DNA of 61,114 nucleotides from Myxococcota bacterium (GTDB lineage Bacteria; Myxococcota; XYA12-FULL-58-9; JALHOP01): NCBI GenBank assembly GCA_041288095.1, contig JBGGMJ010000107.1, positions 1 to 61,114 of the forward strand, read 5' to 3'. Shown piece by piece: positions 46,395 to 54,544 of this stretch (position 1 is its first letter; each line of letters starts with the position of its first letter). The notes under the pieces were generated by a model. It saw only the letters and a program-made list of their open reading frames with translations, ran no database searches and was not told where the DNA came from. The position numbers and the translations under genes were made by a program.

Positions 46395-48179
46395 CTAGGC
46401 GCGGAATCCCGACGTCAGAAGTACGAAGCGCGAGGCTTGCGCGAGCCCATCGGCGCGACGCACTTGCTCGACTTCCTGCGCGACATTGTCGACCTCGACC
46501 AAAGTGGCGTCGATGGTCGCGATCATGTTCGCGAGCGCGCGGTCCGACGCGTTCGCCGCTATCGTCGCGGCAGTCTCCTGGAGATTCGGCTGGCGAGGAT
46601 CTTCGGCGAACCAGACGTCTTCGGAGACGTGCCTCTCGCCGTTCTGCGTGAACGTCGAGCGCATGATCATCTCGCCGCGGTCGTTCGCGGTGAGCTCCAT
46701 CTTGAGATCGATCTCGCTGACCCCGAGCTCGGCGAGCGTCTTGAGCTCACCCGCCTCGACCTTGGCGTCGCCGTCGTCGATCCAGCTCTTCAAGCCGTCG
46801 AGCTCCGTGCCATTGAGCTTGCCGTCCCCATTGGCATCGAGAGCCTTCATCTTCTCGTAGCCGTTGAGATACTTGCCGCCCTCGTCACCGAACAGGCGCT
46901 TGCCGTCGATCTCACCGTTGCCGGCCGCCGCCGCGGATGCTCCGCCATCGCGGTCATCGACGAGCATGCCGTCGCCGTCGCCCTTCATCCACTCGATGCG
47001 TTCTTTCACACCGTCGGCATCGAGATCGAAGTCGACCGTGGCGTTGACCTGGTCGTCGGCGCGGTGCTTGGCCGTGCTGTTGCCGGTGACGCCGAGCGCG
47101 TTGTCGTGGTTCAAGTCGAGCATGACCGGCGAGCCGGTCTGTGACGCGGCGCCGGAGAGCTCGCTCGACGCTTGGCTCAAGCCCGACGAGGTCGCGCCGG
47201 ACAAGCTCACCTGATTGGTCGAGCTGTGACCGAACGCGGTCTGCGAATTCGCCGGGCCGGTGTCGTTGGTCGCACGCCCACGAATGAGCGTGGGTCCGAG
47301 ACCTCGACGCGCCAGGCCGCGCGCGCCGGCGTTGCCCCCGTTGTCGTCGTCGCCTGCGCCGACGTCCGAGCCGGTGGCCCGAGAGTTGGTGCGATAGCGC
47401 TCCATGGTGCGGGCCATGTCACGGGTCAAACCCGCCGCCGCGCTCCGCAGCTGCTGCGCCGTCGCGCCCTTGGCATCGATACCCGCGAGATATTGGCCGG
47501 TGGCCTGCGTACCCTTGCCGTTGTACGAGAAGCCGCCGACGACGTTGAACTTACCCTCGGGCACGAAGCCCATCTCCATCAACGTCGCGAGCCGTTCCAT
47601 GCGCAGCTGCTGCGCCACGACCGAGCGGCGGTTCGGCCGGCCGGCTTCGACCATCTCGGCGGCCTTGTCCGCCATGGCGTTGGGATCGTTGATGAGCTTC
47701 GCGCCTTCCTCGACGCGCGCGCGCAGCTCATCGACAGTGACCTTGCCGGTGCGCAGCATTTCGATCGCCGATGCGAGCTCACCCTCGGTGAAGCCGATGC
47801 CCGGGAAGGCCTTGGAGTAAATGTCGACGACCGCTTCCACGGCGTCGGCTTTCGACATGACCGCGCCGGGTTGAATCGTCGCATCGGCACGGGCACGTTG
47901 TTCGGCGAGGGTCTCGCGTGCCGTGTTCAGGGCGGTGCCCACCTGGCGCACGACATCGGCGTTGGTGGTGGCCCGAGCGGTGTCGTCCACACGATGCACG
48001 CCGGTGGTGCCGCCGGTCCCGGTGGGTAAGTCGGCGCGCATCACACGTGCGCCGGAGTCGACTTCGAAGGTGTCACCGCGCGTAGCGGTGGGCTGCAAGG
48101 CACCGTTCGCGGCGGCGCGATCCGCTTCAGCGGGCGCACCTAACCGTCGAACGGTGGTGGTGCCGTTCACGAGAGACAT
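46395..48179 (-). CDS. Protein with unknown helical domain and FrpC-SPM-like Ca-binding module, paralogue 2
   Basis: Same architecture as 44565..46298: AFPGI.FT..ELA, PEGKFN, SPVMLDLNHD, ends TSGFRA. Confidence 0.8.
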   Translation of the reverse strand: MSLVNGTTTVRRLGAPAEADRAAANGALQPTATRGDTFEVDSGARVMRADLPTGTGGTTGVHRVDDTARATTNADVVRQVGTALNTARETLAEQRARADATIQPGAVMSKADAVEAVVDIYSKAFPGIGFTEGELASAIEMLRTGKVTVDELRARVEEGAKLINDPNAMADKAAEMVEAGRPNRRSVVAQQLRMERLATLMEMGFVPEGKFNVVGGFSYNGKGTQATGQYLAGIDAKGATAQQLRSAAAGLTRDMARTMERYRTNSRATGSDVGAGDDDNGGNAGARGLARRGLGPTLIRGRATNDTGPANSQTAFGHSSTNQVSLSGATSSGLSQASSELSGAASQTGSPVMLDLNHDNALGVTGNSTAKHRADDQVNATVDFDLDADGVKERIEWMKGDGDGMLVDDRDGGASAAAAGNGEIDGKRLFGDEGGKYLNGYEKMKALDANGDGKLNGTELDGLKSWIDDGDAKVEAGELKTLAELGVSEIDLKMELTANDRGEMIMRSTFTQNGERHVSEDVWFAEDPRQPNLQETAATIAANASDRALANMIATIDATLVEVDNVAQEVEQVRRADGLAQASRFVLLTSGFRA

Positions 48180-48185
48180 GGCGGT

Positions 48186-48235
48186 TTCTCCCAGCGCAAT
48201 GGTGGTTACGCTGTGTGGTAGCCGTTCATACCCAC
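48186..48235 (-). promoter_or_regulatory. Conserved two-hairpin leader abutting the RBS, copy 2
   Basis: Minus strand GTGGGTA-TGAACGGC-TACCAC-A-CAGCGTAA-CCACCA-TTGCGCTG-GGAGAA. Confidence 0.6.
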
Positions 48236-48255
48236 ATGGCGAGACCCACGGCTGA

Positions 48256-48861
48256 TCAGAACGTGTAGCGGACGGAAAAAGACGTGCCGACGCCGACGAT
48301 GCCCGGGCCCGGCAAGACGAGGAAAGTCGCCGCGATGCCGGCCGAAAAGTCCGTCAGCAAGGTCAAGTACGTGAGCCCCAAGCCGCCGACGAGGGCGAGG
48401 TTCATGCGGGGCACGTAGGCCGTGGGATCGTCGGGATCGGTAGGCAAAGGGTTGATGCGGGAGAAGCCGGCGCCGACCTTGGGCTCGATTGCGAAACGCT
48501 GGGTAACGCGCAATGCGTAGACGAGCTCGCCGGTGAGGTTGAGCAGATCGTAGCTCGTGACCGCGGTGCCACCGGGAGTGACCGCGGGATCATCGTATGG
48601 GCTGATGGGGTTTTCGGCGACGTACGCGGCCGAAGCGCTCGCTTGGAGGCTCAGATTGTCCGTCAGGTCGTAGCCGAGGTGCAGCGCGACGTAGGGCTGG
48701 AGGTTCGAAACGCCGTTGGTGTCGCCGAGGCTCACGAAGGTGCCGAAGTCCGCTGCAACGTACAGGCCGCGCTGCAAGACGAAGTTCGCCAGCTTGTCGT
48801 CTTCCGGCGCCGAAGGCGCGGCGACTCGAAGCACCGCCGCGGTGAGCAAGGCGAGCACCAC
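48256..48861 (-). CDS. gltH: Outer-membrane beta-barrel protein, GltH/CglE/NfsH-like
   Basis: Signal peptide, amphipathic strands (LHLGYD, IEPKVGAG), terminal VRYTF; last gene of the Glt/Nfs-like operon. Confidence 0.6.
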   Translation of the reverse strand: MVLALLTAAVLRVAAPSAPEDDKLANFVLQRGLYVAADFGTFVSLGDTNGVSNLQPYVALHLGYDLTDNLSLQASASAAYVAENPISPYDDPAVTPGGTAVTSYDLLNLTGELVYALRVTQRFAIEPKVGAGFSRINPLPTDPDDPTAYVPRMNLALVGGLGLTYLTLLTDFSAGIAATFLVLPGPGIVGVGTSFSVRYTF

Positions 48862-48863
48862 TG

Positions 48864-50363
48864 CTACTCACCGCCCGGCTTGAAGAGCCATGGGTAGGTG
48901 ACCTCCGCGGTGCCGCCGCCTTCGCACGGCGGGAAGGTCATGTGGCCGACCACGCGCATCAGGCATTGCTCGACGGCGGTGTTACCAAGCGTGCTCTCGG
49001 CGACGCGCGACTCGAGCACTTCACCCCGACCGCCGATGGTGAAGGCGGCGACGACCTTGCCGGCGAGGTCGGGGAAGCGCTGCAGCTCCTTCTCGTAGCA
49101 GAACTTCACTTGCGTCAGGTGGCGGGTCACGACGCGGCCGACGACTTGATCGGAGAGGCAGCCCTTGATCACGGTGCGGCCCGGAACGACCTCGGTGGCG
49201 CGGCCACGGCCGCCGAGCTCGACGTTGGTAAGCCCTTTCCCGGTCCCCTTCCCGTCACCGACGCCGCCAATACCGAGGCTCTTGCCGCCCCCCCCGAGCC
49301 CGGTGCCACGGCCGCCGCTTCCGCCGACGCCACCAGCCTCGCCCTGGTTGCGCCCGCGCAAGCCACCGAGCGCCTCGTTGATGCCGCTCCCGAGCCCGCC
49401 CGGCCCGAAGACATTCGCCGTGGCGCCGCTCGGTTTCTCGCCGAGGACCTGCAGGAGTCCCGAGCTCAACGCGACGCGCCGGTCTTGTGACCGCTTTCGC
49501 GGATCGACGCGTGGTGCGCCCGGTTTGCTGGCCGCGGCGTCCTTCTGGTCGCTTGGTCGACCGACCGCGCCTTCGTCGCCCTTGCGCTTGCCGCCCTTGC
49601 TGCCCGCGGCGTCGACAGGGATGCGCGGCTCCGGCTTCTTCCTGGCGCGCTCCTCGAGCACGAGCTTGGCGACGCGCGTCGGATTCTCGAGCATCTCGAT
49701 GGGCAGCTCGTTCGACGGCTCGGGCGGGGTCACGAGCACGGCGGTGAGCGCGACGATGTGCGCCACCAACGTGATGACGAGCACCGCGGCGAAGTTCCTG
49801 TCGAGCCACGCGAAGGGTTTTGGGACCACCTGCTTGGTGGCCGGCACCCAGCGCGCCGCGATGGTGACGTCACCGATGACGATGGCGACGCGCTCACGCG
49901 GCTCGAGCTTGACCGAGTAGACGCCCTTGCCGGACAGCGCGCCGGCGTCGACGCGCTTGAGCTTCACCAAGCGGTCGAGCGACAGCGGCATCTCGTCTTC
50001 GCCGCGCACCTCGATGCGCATCGACGTGTCGAAGCGGAGCTCCATGCCTTTACCGGCCGGCTCCGCGATGACGAACTTGTCGGAGAGATGCGCCGGCAAG
50101 GTCGCTGGCAGGTCGACCGCGCCGATGCCGACGGTCACCGCGCGAGGCGCCTCGAGGCTCACGACGCTCATGCGAGCGTCGCGCCAAAACATGGTGAGCT
50201 CGAACCGAGGGTTCGGGCCTGGCACCGTGGCGGTGAGCTCCTCGAAGACCGCCGACGGAACGCCTACCGTGTCGCGGGCGACCTCGCGGAACGACACGTC
50301 AGCCTTCGGAGCCGGCGAGGGCGAGCTGACGTCGGTGTCTTCGTTCTCGAGCTCGGTCACCAT
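48864..50363 (-). CDS. gltG: GltG/NfsG-like inner-membrane protein with Gly-rich linker and C-terminal TonB/AgmX-type domain
   Basis: TM helix; GGVGGSGGRGTGLGGGG; VKFCYEKEL..PDLAGKV..FTI..VEQCL..FP..GG..VTYPWLF. Confidence 0.8.
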   Translation of the reverse strand: MVTELENEDTDVSSPSPAPKADVSFREVARDTVGVPSAVFEELTATVPGPNPRFELTMFWRDARMSVVSLEAPRAVTVGIGAVDLPATLPAHLSDKFVIAEPAGKGMELRFDTSMRIEVRGEDEMPLSLDRLVKLKRVDAGALSGKGVYSVKLEPRERVAIVIGDVTIAARWVPATKQVVPKPFAWLDRNFAAVLVITLVAHIVALTAVLVTPPEPSNELPIEMLENPTRVAKLVLEERARKKPEPRIPVDAAGSKGGKRKGDEGAVGRPSDQKDAAASKPGAPRVDPRKRSQDRRVALSSGLLQVLGEKPSGATANVFGPGGLGSGINEALGGLRGRNQGEAGGVGGSGGRGTGLGGGGKSLGIGGVGDGKGTGKGLTNVELGGRGRATEVVPGRTVIKGCLSDQVVGRVVTRHLTQVKFCYEKELQRFPDLAGKVVAAFTIGGRGEVLESRVAESTLGNTAVEQCLMRVVGHMTFPPCEGGGTAEVTYPWLFKPGGE

Positions 50364-50373
50364 CGTCAGGGTC

Positions 50374-50676
50374 TCACAAATCGTTGGGGGAGGCGATCAG
50401 CTCGGGAAGGAAGTTCTCGCGCACGCGGATGAGCGTCGAGAAGCGGCTGGCCTTGCGGCTGACGACGTACGAGCCCTCGGGCTTGATGAGGTCGCCTTCG
50501 ACGAGCGACCCGGTGAAGTCGATGATGGTTCGCTTCTTGAAGACGACGCGTTCCTTGGGGTCAGGGGCCGTTTTTGCCGGCGCCTCGCTGGGCTTCGCCG
50601 CGTCGCGAGGACGGCCTTGCGCGGAGGCGGCGGTCGGAAGAAGCGCCAAGGTCAGCACCAGGAGCAAAATTCTCAT
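50374..50676 (-). CDS. gltF: GltF/CglF/NfsF-like small periplasmic protein
   Basis: Signal peptide; VVFKKRTIIDF..VEGDLIKPEG..F.TLIRVRENFLPEL. Confidence 0.85.
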   Translation of the reverse strand: MRILLLVLTLALLPTAASAQGRPRDAAKPSEAPAKTAPDPKERVVFKKRTIIDFTGSLVEGDLIKPEGSYVVSRKASRFSTLIRVRENFLPELIASPNDL

Positions 50677-51476
50677 TGGGTCTTCTCCTGCGCCTTGCCG
50701 CCCTGCACCTGCGCGAGCGCCAGTGACAAACCTTGCGAGGAAGCCGTGCTGTCGTCGCCCAGGGCGATGGCCCGCGCGTAGGCTTCCTTGGCACGCGCGT
50801 AGTCACGATGCGCGAGAGCCAGAGCGCCGATGGCCGCCTGCGCCGAGGCGTCGTTCGGATCGAGCACCGACGCGGCTTGCAGCTCGGCGAGCGCCCGCGT
50901 GTCGTCACCACTCGCCCGCGCCACTTCGGCGAGACCGACGCGCAGCCGTCCGTCCTTCGGGGCCGCTTCAGCGGCACGCGTCAGCATCGCGGCCGCGACC
51001 GCCGTCTTCTTCTGTCTGGTGAGCGCCCGCGCGAGCTCGAGCGTCGCGCCCGGGTCATACGGCGCGCGAGCGAGCGCCGCCTTGGCCGCTTCCTTTGCGC
51101 CCTCGGCGTCGCCATCGAGACGCGCCATCACCGCTTTGAAAGTCAAAAGGTCGACATCGTCGGGGCGGCGCTTCAAGCCCGCGTCCAGGACGGAGCGCGC
51201 CGAGCGCAGATCGCCACGGCGTGCCAGCACACGCGCGAGGTCCCTCGCCGTCCCTTGCGCCTCGGGCGCCGTCTCGTACGCCACTCGGTAAGCCTGCAAG
51301 GCGCCGTCGAGGTCGCCCTTGCGCTCGAGGGCGAGACCCCGCGGTCGTCCGCTGTCGCGTCCAGATGCGGCCGAGGCCGCCGCGGCGGGCGCGGGCGCGT
51401 CGGCTTTGCCTCCCTGCTTCGGACCAGCGCACGCGACGAGGAACGTCGCGACGATGACGAGCCTGACCGTCCTCAC
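50673..51476 (-). CDS. gltE: TPR lipoprotein, GltE/NfsE position
   Basis: GTG start overlapping the upstream stop (GTGA); FLVAC lipobox; tandem TPRs; synteny. Confidence 0.65.
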   Translation of the reverse strand: MRTVRLVIVATFLVACAGPKQGGKADAPAPAAAASAASGRDSGRPRGLALERKGDLDGALQAYRVAYETAPEAQGTARDLARVLARRGDLRSARSVLDAGLKRRPDDVDLLTFKAVMARLDGDAEGAKEAAKAALARAPYDPGATLELARALTRQKKTAVAAAMLTRAAEAAPKDGRLRVGLAEVARASGDDTRALAELQAASVLDPNDASAQAAIGALALAHRDYARAKEAYARAIALGDDSTASSQGLSLALAQVQGGKAQEKTQ

Positions 51477-54400
51477 GACGCACCTCCCGGCGGCGGCATG
51501 AGAGCCGGGTCGGGCGTGGGCGCGGCGGGGGGAGGCTCGGCGTAGCGCTTGGGCTCGTAGCCTTTGAGCGCCTCCTGGCTGCGCGTAAGCCACTCGTCGT
51601 ACAGGCCGAGCTCGTACGCCTTGGCGGCGGCTTTGTCGAAGGCCTCGATGGCGCGCTCCTCCAGCGGGAAGGCGCGATCACCGAGCTCTTGATGGTAGAT
51701 TGAGCACTGCTCGCCGGACAGACGTTTTGGACACGGGCTGTCGAACATCGCCTTCGAGAGGTTCTTGTAGAGGGTACCGATGCGGTAAAGCGCGGCGATG
51801 CCTTGGGTGCCCTCGCCCATCGCGATGACCTGGATGTAGCGCTTCTGCACCGCGTCGACCGCCGCGAGCTTCTTCACCAGCTTCTGAGTCACTTCCTTCT
51901 CCGCGCCGGTGAGGGTGATGCCGATGGCGGCGCGGTAGTCGGGCTCGATGGCGGCGAAGGCAGCAGCGGCGCCGGCGCTCTTCACGCAAGCATCACGCTT
52001 CGCTTTGGCGGACAGGCGGTCGTACGAGCGCGCGACTGCGTCCATGGTCACCTTCGGCGAAATTCCCGCTTCGCCCGCCCACTTCGCCGCGGCGTAGTCG
52101 GCGCAATAGCGCTTGGCCTCGTCGCCGGCGGCGTAATCGTTGGCGTAGCGCTCGAAGAAGGCGTGTGCTGCTTTTGCGTCTTGCTTGGCCTCGAGCGCGG
52201 CGCCGGCCTTCCAGGCCACGGTGGCGGCGCGAAGGTCCTTCCCGGAAGCGCGCAACAAGTCGGCGGCGGCGAGATAGTCCGCGACCGCGGCATCGTAGTC
52301 GGCGGCACCCTCGCGGTCGGCGGCGGCGCGCAACAGCAGGTCGACATCCTTCTTCTCGCGGCCACGCCGTTCGAGCACGGCCGCGGCGGCGGACAGCGAG
52401 CCGACCCGCTCGTGCAGCTCCGCGGTCAACATCACGGCCTTGGCGCGGACCTCGTCGTCGCCGTCGCCTAGGGCCGGTGCACCGACCGCGAGCGCCGCGT
52501 CGAGATCATGCGCCTTGTCGTACGCGAGCATGGCGTTGTAGCGCGCGGTCGCGGCGTATTTGCTCTTCGGGAAGTCGCGAACGAAGCCGGCATAGCCCTG
52601 AGCGGTGGCTCGTTGGTCGCCCTTTGGCTCGATGACGTAGAGCACTTCGTTGAAGGCGGCGGCTTGACCATAGTCGTTGACGCGCTCCGCGAAAGCGCGG
52701 TCGCTCATGAGCTCTCGGTTGGCGGCGAGGGCGCGGGCGTTTTTGGCGAGGTCGGCCCAATCCTTGCGCGCCGCGAAGGATTCGAGGATGGCTTCGGCGG
52801 ATGTCCGCGCAAGCGGATCGCGCGGATGCTTGGCGATGATCGTCTGGAAGCGAGCGGCAGCTTCGTCGTAACGCCCGGCTGCGTAGAACTGGCTCGCCGC
52901 CTTGAAGCGAACCTTGGCGATCTCCGGATCGTTGGGCTGCAGGTCGACGTAGGCGTCGCAGGCCGCGATCAGTTTCTCGCGCGCCGGCGACAGCTCGCCC
53001 TTGCCGGCGGACGCTTTCAGGTCGGGCGTCAGGTCGACGCGCTTGCCTGCCTTGGCGCTGACGATGCGAGTACCGACCGTTTCGCGCGCGCCGCTGACCA
53101 CTTTGTCCCAAGCCATGATGGCGCTGTAAGCCGCGCGAGGCGCGAGCTCGCTCTTGGGATCGCTCGCGACGACCGCCGCGAACTGCTCGGCGGCGAGCGC
53201 GAACTCTTTCAGCTCGAACGCGATCTCGGCGAGGAAGAAGCGAAAACGCGTCGCGTTCGGCGAGTCGGGGAACTTGTCGAGGTACTCCCGGTACAAGTCG
53301 CGCGCCAACATGAAGCTGTCCGTGAGCTTCGTCTGCTGCGCCGCGCGGTGCTGCTCGACGACCAGCTTGCCGAGCTCGTTCTCGACCACGCCGTTGGCCT
53401 GGTCGACAGCCTGGGCGTTGCCGGCGTTGCGCTTTGCCCAGGTGCCACCCGGCGAATAGACGTCGATGAGCCGGCGAACCTCGCGGCGCACGTCGTCATT
53501 GCGGCCCATCTGCGCGTAGGCGCTGACGATGCCGACCTGAAGCTGGGGCGCGTCCACCGCGTCTGGGTCTTCGTTGATGAGGCGCGAGCACGCTTTGATC
53601 TCGAGGAGATGCTTGCCCTCCTCGTCGTAGCGCTTGGCGAGCTTGCGCAGGTAGCCGCGCGCCTTCGCCGGCGGTAGCTCGCCCTGGTAGTACGCGAAAG
53701 CGTCCTCGAAGGAATCCATGTGCGAATAGACGCGCACCATGTCGTTCAAGGCTTCGTCGAGGAGCTGCAGGCGGTCGTGCTCGCCGAGCTCGCCTTCGCC
53801 ACCGGCGCGCTGCTCCTTGGCGTAGGCCACGACGGCGCGAAACTTGGCGAGGGCCGCGGGATAATCCTGCAAATTGAAGTCGCACCAAGCGAGCTTGTAC
53901 ATGGCGTAGGCGTAGACACGCGGCCGCTTGGTGGCGGCCGCGGCTTCGTAGGCCTTCACCGCGTTCACGAGCTTGCCGCCGTTGAAGAAGTGCTCACCGA
54001 GCTGCAACCAGGCGTCGGCCGCGTAAACGGAGTCCGGATACTCTTTGATCAAGGTCCAGAAGGTCTCGACGCCCAGCTTGGTCTCGCCGGCATCGTATTG
54101 GGCGCTGGCCAACGAATAGAGCACTTCGTCGCGACGCTCGTAGCTCGGGTACTGCGCGAGGATCTGCTGGTAGAGCTTGAGCGCATCGGCGCGGTAGGCG
54201 GCGCTCTCGGCTGACTTCGGCTCACGCTCGAGGGTCGGCTCCTCGCCGCGCTTACCGTTCGCGGTCCACTTCTCGAGTGACTGATCCCACGCCTGCATGG
54301 CGCGTAAGCGGGCGAACTTCGACTTCGCCCAGTACATCTCGGAGAGCCGGAAAACGAGCTCCGCCTTCTGCGGACCTTCGCTCACCGTTGGCAGCAGGCG

Positions 54401-54544
54401 CTTGAGCTTTTCGATGGCCTCGTCGCGCTTCGCGTCCGCTCGAGCGTCCATGTCGACCTCGGAGCCGCGCAGCGCGAGTGGCGCCGGCCCGTCGCGCGGG
54501 GGAGCCACGGCGCTGACGATGACGAGCGTGAGCCAGCCCATCAT
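51473..54544 (-). CDS. gltD: Large TPR protein, GltD/AgmU/NfsD-like
   Basis: Signal peptide; ADAKRDEAI..L, FRLSEMYW, AMYKLAWC, IAALYRIG, P.EERAIEAF..A..KAYELGLYDEW. Confidence 0.8.
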   Translation of the reverse strand: MMGWLTLVIVSAVAPPRDGPAPLALRGSEVDMDARADAKRDEAIEKLKRLLPTVSEGPQKAELVFRLSEMYWAKSKFARLRAMQAWDQSLEKWTANGKRGEEPTLEREPKSAESAAYRADALKLYQQILAQYPSYERRDEVLYSLASAQYDAGETKLGVETFWTLIKEYPDSVYAADAWLQLGEHFFNGGKLVNAVKAYEAAAATKRPRVYAYAMYKLAWCDFNLQDYPAALAKFRAVVAYAKEQRAGGEGELGEHDRLQLLDEALNDMVRVYSHMDSFEDAFAYYQGELPPAKARGYLRKLAKRYDEEGKHLLEIKACSRLINEDPDAVDAPQLQVGIVSAYAQMGRNDDVRREVRRLIDVYSPGGTWAKRNAGNAQAVDQANGVVENELGKLVVEQHRAAQQTKLTDSFMLARDLYREYLDKFPDSPNATRFRFFLAEIAFELKEFALAAEQFAAVVASDPKSELAPRAAYSAIMAWDKVVSGARETVGTRIVSAKAGKRVDLTPDLKASAGKGELSPAREKLIAACDAYVDLQPNDPEIAKVRFKAASQFYAAGRYDEAAARFQTIIAKHPRDPLARTSAEAILESFAARKDWADLAKNARALAANRELMSDRAFAERVNDYGQAAAFNEVLYVIEPKGDQRATAQGYAGFVRDFPKSKYAATARYNAMLAYDKAHDLDAALAVGAPALGDGDDEVRAKAVMLTAELHERVGSLSAAAAVLERRGREKKDVDLLLRAAADREGAADYDAAVADYLAAADLLRASGKDLRAATVAWKAGAALEAKQDAKAAHAFFERYANDYAAGDEAKRYCADYAAAKWAGEAGISPKVTMDAVARSYDRLSAKAKRDACVKSAGAAAAFAAIEPDYRAAIGITLTGAEKEVTQKLVKKLAAVDAVQKRYIQVIAMGEGTQGIAALYRIGTLYKNLSKAMFDSPCPKRLSGEQCSIYHQELGDRAFPLEERAIEAFDKAAAKAYELGLYDEWLTRSQEALKGYEPKRYAEPPPAAPTPDPALMPPPGGAS

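Noticed and set aside
44565..48179. Classical RTX toxins with type I secretion
   Set aside because: No GGxGxDxLx nonapeptide arrays and no adjacent ABC/TolC genes.
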